This document shows, in pieces, positions 34,099 to 46,000 of a stretch of 57,535 nt of DNA; the stretch's first letter is position 1, and each line of letters begins with the position of its first letter. This DNA is from a virus. Taxonomy: Duplodnaviria > Caudoviricetes. A program made the position numbers and the translations under genes. The notes beneath the pieces were generated by a model, which saw nothing but the letters and a program-made list of their open reading frames with translations, was not told the DNA's origin and did no database searches. Location of the stretch: the IMG/VR virus record IMGVR_UViG_3300027741_000074, positions 1-57,535 of that record. One strand, written 5' to 3'.

Positions 34099-37000
34099 GC
34101 TACGTTATAGTTGATGGGTTTATTAGGGACAGTAACTCTAATAAGCTCATCAACTAATGGCATAGGATCTTGCTCTCCGCCTCTAGTCTTGTTCTCGATT
34201 ATCTTCTTGAACGCTGCTTCGTTCGGAACCCATGAGTAGTTCTCACCTGCAATGGCATAGCCTAAGCGTTGGTTGCTGATGCGTGCCCTCTTGCCAGTCG
34301 TTATCAAACCTTCCTCAGTTGAGCCGAGTGACTTCATACCTTGGATGAAATCATAGAGGCGACCTTGCGTGACGTTAGTGGCTGACTGGTACTTGCCCAC
34401 TTGGTCTCCGACATTACCAACATCGAAGCCCTTCGCAGAGTAGATCGGATTGAGCAATGCCAAGTCTTCATCCATTGCACTTCTGATCTTACTCATTGCA
34501 CGATACTCGATATCCGACTTCTTCATTATAGTAGGTCGCGCTCCTGTAAGCTCACCTGCAATGAGGAGTCCTGCATCCTGTTGCCCGTATCGGAATACTT
34601 CATAACCCTTCTTAGCAATTGACGGGAGGAATGCACTCTTCCCTAAGTGTGCGAGTAGTTTTCCGTATGCTTGAACGACGTTGTCGGACTGCAAAGCGAT
34701 TGGGTTACCAAAGCCATCTTGGTTCTTTGACACTTCGAACAGTGCGTTGGCTGCGATCTGTGTGCCGATAAGGTCCTTAGCGATGTACTCTCCGATGCCT
34801 TTGACATTACCTTGTGCACCTAACTTAACAATATCTGTAAGCTGACTGTGTGGTAAGATATTGGACATATCAATAACTTGAATGCCATCCTTGCCAACCA
34901 ATCGGGCGAACACACCGTGATTCTTTTGCCAATCAGGCAAGCCCTCACGCAGTGTGCTAAGTTCTTCATTGGTAAGTACACGACCCAATGCTTTATCTTC
35001 ATCGTCCTTACCCCCTGAAAGTAGGCTGAACAGCGTACCGAATACGAGACCGAATGCAGTGCCGCCCCCTGCAACAGTAGAAGAGAAACCAACTAAGCGT
35101 TTAATGCCGCGAGCTTTCATCACGTCATTGCCTGAGTTGATCTCCTCCATTGCAAGAGGTACGGTATTGATCATTGTGCGAAGCACTTCCGATTTCCATC
35201 GGACGAAAGGCAGAACGATCATAGCGAACGGAGACTTATTGAAAGACTTCGCAACGCTAACTTGATCGGAGTGCGTTGGGAACGTGAGCTTAACCTTACG
35301 GGCAGCTCTCACCTCCAATGAACTAAGAGACTCAGTACCGTATGCTTTCTTAAGCTGGTCAAGTTCATACATATAAGCATTAACTTTGAACGCGCTATCA
35401 ATAACATTGTTCAGACTAGCAAGAAACTCGACTGTAACTTTAGTACCTTTCTTTAGGTTAAACCTTTTAGCAATCTTGCTGATATCACCTGTAGCCTGTA
35501 CCTCTACGAGTTCATTAAGTAGGTCATCTAGTTGCTCGTCCACTCCAGCAGTAAAGCCGTTAAGCATATCCATCGCCATACGACCACGAGTTTCGTCACG
35601 TAAAATCTGAAGCTCAGTCAATCGACGGATCGTGTCACGTTGTTCTTGTGATTCCGCAGCAAGTATGTTTGCCCTAATTGATAGTCTCGCTGCTTCTCTA
35701 GCGTACAATGGATTGATAATACCTTGTGCTGCGGATAATGCCATGCCGCCTAAGATGTTACGAGGGTAGAAACCAACGGAACCTAAGGTCTGCGTTGTGA
35801 CAGCCGCGCCTGATACCCACGCTAATCCTTTACCAATGCTATTGATTAGCTCCATTGAACGGGTATCCTGATCCCTATTCTTCGGTCCGAGTTCCTGTCT
35901 GACAGCAGCAGCTACGTCACTGCGAACATAGAGTCCTGCAAGCTCACCTAACTCAGCATTCTGACTTGGATGGAACAACAACTCCATACTATCTGTGCGC
36001 TCGCGGCTCGCTAGTCCAGTCTTAACAGCCTCCCTTGCAAAGTTGCGAAGGAACCTATCGTTGGCAGCAAGTCGTCCGACACTGTAGATAGTACGAACAG
36101 CATTTTCAAACGGATCAGTTACCTCACCTAAGAGTTCTCGTAGAGGCGCATCGAAATCTTTTTTGTGAAGTAAAAGATTAACGTCGCGCTTAACGGTATT
36201 GAAAGTGCCGAGTTCTTTAGACTCTGCTGCTTGTTCGTCTAGCTTCTTTAGATACTTGTCAAGATATGCAATAGTCTTACTCGCAACTTGTTCCTCAGTA
36301 AGCGTCTGCCCTTCTTGCTTTGCGTCAAAGAGAACCTCTGCTTTAAAGTGGTCAGCGGCAGCGGAGCGTAGCTTGTTGAAGTCAACGGTCTTGCCGTCAA
36401 TCTCAACAACCCCTCCCTTACTTGCAGCTAGCGACCAGCCTTCTGTTGTGAAGTAGTTGAAGGTACGTGTGAGGTACACGTCATTGGACTCATCGAAGTT
36501 AATGATTTGCTTATACTTGTTGATCTCTTGTCGGAACTCCACAAGGTAGTCTACTAACGTACCAAACCCTCTAGCCCTAAGTTGATTTTCCATTGCCATC
36601 TGCTCCTTGCGGAACTCAACGTAGAACTGATCGGCAATCGGTTGCGATAGTTTTGCCTCGTAGTCTTCAGCTAGTCTCGTAATGTTTGGGTCTTCAGCAT
36701 TGTCCGCTTTGAACTGGCGCACTTTGCGTTGCAGTTCTTTGCGTGCCTCGCCTTGTACAGCAGGAGCAGTAGTACCTAAGATGGTCCCGATGTCCTCGAT
36801 TGCAATGCCTGCACTGAGTGCTTCATCTCTCAGCTTAGGGTATTTCTTAGCGAAGTCTGACATTGTGTACTCAATACTTCCGAGAGACCCATCACGCTGA
36901 TTGATAAACCTACGCAACTCAAGTGGCATATCGTACATCTTCTCTTGCGCCTTCTTCCAGAACTCAGCAACCTTCGATGGGTTGGTAGATGCAATCGGCA

Positions 37001-40000
37001 GGTTGAAGCTGGTGCGATCCTCTTGTCCTTCAGCGATGTTGCCCTCGACGGCATTGATGAAGTGCGTCGTGTCACCTAACTCGCCTGCCGTTGATAGTTC
37101 AGGAGCAGGCAGTACGCCGCCGTTACGCAATGAGCGGAACTCACGCGATGCCATTGAGATCTTAGCGGCAGTGCTTGCCGTAGGGTTAGTAGCAAACTGA
37201 GCTTTTAGTTTAGTAACGAATGCTCTTACTGCTTCTACGAACTTAGCAAGTAGCGATGGGTTCGTGCGAAGGAATGCAAGGTTCTCCTCACGCGAACGAC
37301 CGACAGCGATGCGGGTCATCTCAGAGCGCACCCATTCAGCGGCGATGTCGGACTCCCTCAGTGCTCCTGATTCCAGATCAGCGGCGATCATTGCCTGACG
37401 TTTCGTGTAGTCAGACTCTGAGTTGGAGTAGAGCATATCAGCAACGAGACCACGCATACCCTCGCCCATGCCCTTTGCAATGTTTGCGAAGTCATCCTCA
37501 GTGAAAGTCCTGTAAGATGCTAAGTGCGCTAACTCTTCGTCAACGAAGGTGCGTACAGCAGAGCGTGCGTTAGCAGGAGTCAGGCCGTAGACGAGATCGT
37601 TGACCGTATCTGGGTTCACGATAATTGAATTAGGCTTAGAGCGTCGTGCGCCCAACTGACCTAACATCGTGTTGTCAAACTCAAGCGTGATACCTTCAGG
37701 CAGGATGCGTTGCATCTCGCTGACGACGTCTACTCTACCTGATGGTGTTGTAGTAGCTAAGAGAATTGCGTCACTACCTTCTGCCGCATTGCGTAGCGTC
37801 TGTTGGATCTTCTCAGCAGCTTTGAGTCTCGTGATGTTCGATGCCTTAGCGTTCTCCGACGGTACGTTAGGTAGCGTGCTTGCCCAACGTGAGTCCATGT
37901 TGAACGTGTTGGAGTGGGCGAGGGACATCTTCGTGAAGTCGAGAAGCTCATTGATTGCGTTGGCAGTCTGCGGTTTCGACTTCGCTTCAAACCCAAAGAT
38001 CGAAAGTACAGCGTCAATCATGCGGCGAAGGATCGTACGCTCTTGCGGTTTGGTAAGACCGTTCAGCAGCGGCGTAAACTCAGGCGCAGTAAGTGCATAC
38101 GTGACAAACTCTTCAAGACTCGACAGACCCAACTGCATCGTTGGATCAGTGTCGATCCCGTTCTTAATTGCGTTAGCCAATGCGAAGTTGCGGATCTGCT
38201 CAAGGCGTTGCACCGCTGCACTTTGTTGCGCCGTCGTAGGGTTGTTGATTACCTTGACGGTGACAGCATGGATCAGTTCGTGCAACAACACGTCAGCAAG
38301 ACCGCGACCGTTGTGCTCGCTAAGGTTAAGCAGAATCGTGTTATTCGACTTGTCGTATAGACCTGCAAAGCTCGCTTGCATATCGACAATGCCGATGTTC
38401 ACCGAACGGATAAGGTCTGGCGCAGCATTCAGGATAGATACGATGGCTTGCTGTTGTGCTGTGCCTCTATTGCCCAACACAGATAGTGCCCTAAGGATAC
38501 TGTTGGAGTCCTCTGATACGAGACCCAACTCGTTCATCATCCTGATGTTCTCCTGACGGGCAACTTCTCTGAGTGCTGGATCAAGAGTAGATAGGGAGAA
38601 GTCAATCGTCATGCGCTCAATTGAGCGAGTCTTTGGAAGTGCTCTGACAACTCCTTCGTTGGTCATCCGCGTTGCATAGTCAACGGCATTGGATGGGATC
38701 TCGGACTCGTAGGATACAGGACGTACCTTACTGAGTACCTTAGTCTGACCGCCTTCAGTTACTCGCGTCGGCAGTTCAGTTACTTCGACCGCATTTGGGT
38801 TGACATTTACCCCTCCAGTAATGGCACTAAGGCTCTCACCAAATTGTTGCAAATTCTGAGCGATCTCTTCAGGGGTTCTCGTTGTGGTCACCTCTTCAAA
38901 AAACTCGGAGGGCACAACGTCTACGGGATCTACATATGTTGTGAGTAGATCAGAACCAAATACATTAACACCGTTTGTGATTAAAGCGTTACGCAGATCT
39001 TCTTTTCGTTGGGTAGCAAATGCATCATACGCCTGTCTAACCTCAAGAGATTTGATGTACTTATCAACCCGACTCCGTTGTTCTGGAGTAAGTTTCGTTT
39101 TAAATCTAAGTTGAGCGGGATGGTTCTCCGTTGCTTTGGCAAGCCGTTCCCATTCAGGTAATGACATCAAATACTCAATACGCTTTACAGCAATATCAAT
39201 AACTTCTTTTGACTTATCTGAAAGTCTAGCTACATACTCACGGTTATTCTTGAGTTGTCGGAAACTTGATTCAATATCAAGTATTACCGAATCAAGTAAC
39301 TCGGCACCGTTACCTGTACGTTTATTGATCCCATCAATTTGGCTTTGCCTAAGTGCAATAGAGTTTTTTAATCCATCAATAATAGCCTGACCATTAAAGA
39401 TGATATGATACTTCAAGCTACTTAACTCATCGTACTTCTGCCTAAAGATTATTTTTTTATCTGAATCATTTGGTAGGCGCGGATCTTTTAGAGCTTTAAC
39501 ATATCTTGCAATTGCTTTGTCAATGCGCGATAGTTCTTTTGTACGTTCCTTTCGTCCTGACTTTTGAAGTTTCTCATAGTTGGATAGTTTTGTTTTTAAA
39601 GAGCCTATTTCGCCGTTGAGCGCATCTAGTTGTTCTTTAGTAAAACGAGAGATAATGCGATTTACAGTTCCGCTGTTATTCCAAAAATCAGTATTAGCTA
39701 GATTGAGTACATCTTCTCCTGCTTCAGGTTGGATGATAGCCTCTAATATCTTAAACCCATCGGAGATACGAGCACGAGCATCTTCGATAGTCTGAAGAGC
39801 GATGGCTTTTTCTTCTCCTAAGTTTGTAAGTGTGCCAGCCACTTTAGCTAAAGCCTTGTCCCTATTGGCTTGATACCTTTCAGCTTCTTCAATCGTAGTG
39901 ACATGCTGCCCTTTAGCTTCCGCCTCACGAACTCGTTTACCCTCCTCCACAATAACGAATCCTACTGGGGAAGCATTAGGTGGGGTTGGTGGGGAAGCAG

Positions 40001-43000
40001 GTGTTTTGTTCTCCCGCTCAGAAGGAGAACGCAGTGGCACTTGCACAAGTCTATTATCACGCGTCTCGATCATTACAGGAGGTAGCCAACCCTTCAGGAT
40101 CATTAGTCCTGCGGCTCTTTGTCCCACTTCTGTCTCAGACAGAAGAGCCATAGTTATATTTGCATAGCCATTGTTTGTCCTAAACAGGGAATCATCACTC
40201 AGTTTCTTTGCGAGCACACTGACAAGAACATCATCGGATATTTTTGCAAGTTCTGCTGGCGTGTCTAGCCCAACCATTTTTGCAATATCCCTAAAGGCTT
40301 TTCCTAATTCTTTATTTCCTTTTACAGTGTTCTCTAACTCAGCAGCGAGGAGTTGTCCTCGATCATGGAACACACTATCAAAAGGAGATAGGGCAACACC
40401 AAAACGCTCACTATAAGTATTATCTGTATAGTCATTTAGGGTTAAGCCCATCTCTCTACGCTGCTGGGTAGCGTCTAAAAGAATCTGCCAATCGGGCCTG
40501 CCTCCTGCAATTAAATCAGAAAACTCAAAGTCACCACCAAAGGTTTCTTGGAGAGCATCAATGCTTATTGAAGGTAGGTTCGTACTATCCGCTCTTTCGC
40601 GTTTTGCGTGTTTATTTGCAATTGTAAAGAAGTCTCTTCCTAGATTAGTCTTTGCTTTACCGTCAACAATTTGAGTTGTCGTAAGATATTTTCTAGGATC
40701 AGGCATCGTGTAAAACTTGCCTTCGATATTCGTGGCGTTTTGGAATAGGTACATTCCATACTGCTTCATTACAGATGTTGGGTCTGTGCCTTGGAAACCG
40801 ATACCCAATTTTACAATGTTATTGGCAATCGTTTTATCATCTAAGCCACTAAACATCTCCCTCACATAGTAGGTAAGGTTTGAATTCTTTACAGCATCAG
40901 TGAGATTATTGGAGTCTTCCTTGATTAAAAGTCTACGTAAATTTTGAGGTAAATCCCCAAACTCAATCTTGGTATCTGAGACATTAGTATCTATGGCTCT
41001 TGCGACTAGCTCTCTACCTTCTTCATTTTTAATTCGTGCTTTCCAGTCAAGAGACGCAATTACTTTTTTAACAACGTGTTGAGCTAGTCGATACTCATTA
41101 AGTTGGGAAGTAAAATCAACAAGGGCATCGCTTGCTGCGTCCTCTATACCTTCAGTTGTAAGCGGTAATTTAACATCTGGATTAGGACTATAAGCATTTG
41201 ATGTTAGGAATCGTGTAGCCCCATCAAATACTAATTTGATAAGACCTGATGTCCCTAAATCAAACTTTTTAATGTCCGACGGCTTAACCATATTATCCAC
41301 AAACAACTCTGCCCGAACATCGTATTTAGTCCTTCTATCTTTATCATCAGGATCTTCGCTGCTGTTGCGTCGAGTATCTAGTTTACTGCGGTACTGTCCG
41401 ATCAGTACAGGGTTATCCCTTGCAGGCTCAAAGTACCCGTCTACAGTAACGCCATCCGAAGCAACATGGATTGCAGGATTTAGAACTCCTTTGAAGCTTG
41501 CAGGAATTACAATACGTAATCCGTCAGCAATCTGTGCGCGTGTAATTTCAAGATCATTAGTGAATACGCCATACGTTACAGCTTCGTTATTTAGATAGCC
41601 TCTTTCAACAGGATAAAATTGATCAGTAAATTCTTGGCTGCGGACCATATCAAAAGCCGCTTTACCGATGTTGTATTTAGGTACATCTTTAACTTTCTTT
41701 CTTAGTTCAGCAATTTCCTTTTCAATTGTAGCAATCTGCGTTGACGCATTATAATTTTTAGCTTCGGCTTTTGTTTTTATGTTTGATAGCTCGACACGTT
41801 TAGACTCCAATTGAGAAGCTAGTTTGGCATTTACTTGTGTGCCTTGTGGCCCTTCAAATACGTATTTAACTGATCCTGTAGGCGGATATAGTTTATGTAC
41901 TCGCTCACGAAGTAAGTTATTCTTATCCTTAATGTATGCATTAGGATTAGCTACCTCTTGTCCTTCGTTCTCTACTCGCTCTATGATAGCTTCAGAGAAA
42001 GCGGGATATGTAAGCAAACCATTATTAGTAGTAAACATATTAGCTGCGGATGCAATAGTTGCACCCACAGTAGGAAGGTTTACTACTTGTCCTGATTGGA
42101 CAAGCTGGTTAAAGAAGTCCTCCTCAGTACTCACACGGAACTTATCTGCTGGATAGACTACTGACTTAGTCTTGAGTCCTACAGACGGCTCGATGATCTT
42201 ACCGAACTGTGCCTTACTACCTGATACAGGAACGAAGCCACCTTTGCCGAAGATTGATGCAGTAATCTGGTCTACCATCTCACGACGTAGTCCTTCTTGC
42301 AAATCATTACGCTCTTTGATTTCAGCAACTAACGAGGTAAGGGTATCCTTGATTGCTTGATTGGCTTCTGAACGAATGACTTTAAGTTCAGCTTGAACGC
42401 GAGCTTTGTCAGTACGACTCTTCTTGAGCGTTTCAATTCTACCATTCAACTCGTTGACGCGACCAACATAGCCGTTGACCAACGTCAAGAAACTTGTGAC
42501 CCGCTCGTCCAAAGGGATCTCAGGTTCGACTTCAGGCTCAGGCGCATTTGCAGCAGCCTTTGCCGCTGCTTTCTCTTCCTTAATAAACGCCTTAGCATTT
42601 GCTTCATTCTGCGATAGCTTCTTCTGGATCTCCTTAGAAGAAATATCCACGTTGCTAAGTGGGAAGTAAATCACATTGCCGTCCGCATCATTGAACTCGA
42701 TCTCACGAGTTTCTGGAATGTACTTAAATCCTGTAAGCGTTTGCCTTGTTAAAGGTCCTGTAGCTCCTTCAGCCTCTAGTCCTGCAACAATATCTACCGT
42801 CTTCAGCTTACCCTTTGAGATCAGGTAATGCAGGATATTGGTTACAGGATAGGGTTTAGGTTCTGGTTTTTGGAGTTGTTGAGTTACTTTGATCCCCTCC
42901 TTTTCAAGATCGTACTTAATGCTTTCAATATCACGTTCGTCAATGTATTCGCGCACAAGATCAATCCTATTACTTAGATTCCCATAGTAACTAAGAGTCT

Positions 43001-46000
43001 CTTTTCTGATCTTATCAGATACTTGGTTATCTGTGTCCGAAGCAAAGGAGATAATATCGTCTGCCATACTCTGTACGACATCAAGAAGATCGGAGTCGAT
43101 GCTCTCAAACGTACTAGCTGTGACGTATTTATTATTTAGCTTACCGTTTAGGATCTTGCTAACTACTGGCGAGATGTCTTGAGTAAGCTCATACGAGTTG
43201 CGGATCTGATCAAGTTGGGTATTCCACTCCACATCAGGCGAATTATAGAGTGCCTGTTGGTCAGGAGTAAGCATACCCATTTGGATAGTCTCAGCACTGT
43301 AATTACGTCGTGCTTTCTGAAGACTTTTCAATCGAACCTGAAGACCAACCTTCCGCACTTCATTAAGCTTAGGGTCTTTGATCCTCTCTTTGAGGTCTGC
43401 AATCTTTTTATCGTAGTCAGTAAGTACTGCTTGAGTTGCTTGTTGTTCAGGCGTTTGATCGAGATTGAACTCCAACTGTCCTTCGGTTCTTTTAGCTACC
43501 TCTTCCTCTGTTGGGGCTTCAGCATCTTTGATTTCACCTTCGGCGAAGCCAAACTGCAACTGCCCGTCAACAAGTTCAGGTGCTGGTGGTGCAATATCAA
43601 TGTTGTACTCTTTTGCAAAGGCACGAATCATCGACGGATTTGTTACCGATACGGGCATCGAGACAATGCCATTGTTAAGAGATACGGCATCTTTGATCGT
43701 AATGGACCGAACAATTCCATCATCGTCGCGCATTACTTCAAAGCGATTATCGACCACTTGACCTTCAGGTAAGGGTTTAGGTGCAAACTTCTGTTTGGAT
43801 TTCCCTACAAGAACATAAGGTGTTCCCGCTTTAACGCCATAGAGGTCATCACCAGTACGCATGAGCGTTGGGTATTTAGTAATGACATTATCAGCGTTCT
43901 GGAGCCTCGGACCTAGGTTCATGTGCGTGATAGTCACGCCTCCTTTTTGCGTGTAAGGCTTATCTAGTTTAAGCCTTACCTCCTCTTGATCATCGGCTAA
44001 CTCAAGTGTTCCTGAGAACTCCCCAACGGAGGCAGGCTCACCGATGAGATCATTTAAAAACGTGACAGTTTCTGGTTGTGCTTCCTCTTGCGTCTGAGGC
44101 TTACCAAAGAATGCCTGCAAGAAAGTATCAATTGGTACTACTGGTTTCTCTTTGGCATCAGCTACAACTTCAGTAGACTTCCCCTTAGAAACTCCTTCTT
44201 GTGCTTTAATATCAGCTTGTGTTGCGGCGTTAGCCTTAGAACGAGCATCGTCGATCATGCGTTGCACATAATCTGCTGTTGCATTACTATTAGTTTTGCG
44301 TAGTTGGTTTGCAACATTCTCAAGTGCAGACGCACGACCCTCATATACAAGAGCTTGTTCCGACTTGTTGACTTTTCCGAACTGCATAGCTCCGCTAGTC
44401 GCGCCACCCATTACACCACCAATAAAACCCGCCGTAAATACTTGTGCAACTTTTTCGGAAAGTGGTGTCTCTTTGTCAAGAGCCGCATCCTCTAGCTTCA
44501 TCTGGACTCCTTGATCCAATGCTTCTTCAACAGACTCGTGTAATGCTCCACCTATAGTAGTACGCATCCAGTTCTTGTACGTCCCGCTAATTGCACCACG
44601 CATTGCTTTCTGGAAAGCAGCATCTGATACAAACTGACCATCGTTCTTCAGGTTTTCATAAACTTGTTTAGCCTGACGATAGTTCATCTTATCTACAGGA
44701 ACCACTTTGCCCCCTGAAGCTAGTACGGACTCTTCAGTCTCACCTGCAAACATTGCACGAACGCGATTCGTTGCAACTTCTTCAACACCTCCGTGACCTA
44801 AAAGACCCATGCCGCTTGTGATAACACCTGTCGAGAGGCCTGCGGCCAGAGCATAACCTAAAGCATTCTTGTGCTTTTCTTCGTGGCTCATCGTATCAGG
44901 CAACTGACTGTAGATTGATCCGTAGGTTGACGTAGCGGAACGAATAAACGAAGTCGTGAACACAGGAGATTGTTCCGCAAACTTAGTCGCAAGACTCGCG
45001 CCTACAGATTTGATTGCGTTCCCAATACCTGCCTCACCACCTGCTGCTGCTGCTGACTTAAAAGCAAGTGCTGCGGCCTCATCTACATTTGACAAAGCGA
45101 ATTTAGCCGAAGTACGGAGCATTGATTTCGCAGAGAGAGCACCTGTTTTAGCAAGAGTCTTAGCTCCTGCAAATACACCGCCTGTACCAATGGTAAGCGC
45201 GATGTCGGTTGCCACTTGAGGTATGGTATTGATAATCTGGAATCCTAAACCAAACTGGTCACCAAATAGCTTTGCGTATTCTTCACGGCGTGATTGGTCT
45301 TTAGCCATATCACTCATGTACTTTGCAGCTTGTTCGTTGCCGCTAAGGGCCGCAATACCTACAGGGAATTCAACAACATTCTTCCATGCGCTTTTTCCAA
45401 ACTGCTCTAAACGAGTATTGAATCCATCGTAGTTTTTTGAGTTACCTACCCACTGCTCGACGAACTGTGCGTCGGTAAGTCCATCAGCCTTAGCCTTAGC
45501 GTAAGCACCTACAGCTTCAGGTTCTTCCTCAAGGATAACACGTTTGAGATCAGGAGCGTTCTGCTCCAGCAACACACCGCGTTCAAAACGAGCCTGTTTC
45601 TGCTGCTCTTTATTTAGTGGGGCTGCGGTGACGGCAGCCTCAAACGCTTGTTTATTTGCAAGTAGTTGTGGGGCAATAAGAGTATTGCCCATTGAGTCTG
45701 TTGCGATACCTGTCTCAGGTCGGTCAGCACGATACACTGCACCTGCTGCCGTTGTCGTTAAGTCATTACTAAACTTCTCGATCTCTTCAGCGGAGAACTT
45801 CTTGCGAATCTCATCGTTACCTGCAAGAATATCTGAGACCTTTGTGTCAGGTGCGTAAGCAGGCTCTTTGGTTTCTTTACCCATCAAGAAGTTTCCTGTG
45901 TCTACTACGGCTTCACCAAACTTAATGAATGGGTACGAAACTACTGTCTTAGCTCCCTCAAAGATTGCTTCTCCAGTAGTGCGTTGCTCTGCCGTTTTAG

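Noticed and set aside
37669-38556. 295-aa + strand ORF and other long antisense ORFs (e.g. 17534-18184, 11586-12164, 47545-48129, 43179-43772)
   Set aside because: They lie wholly opposite well-supported genes, are Ser/Ala-rich mirror translations and show no recognisable motifs.
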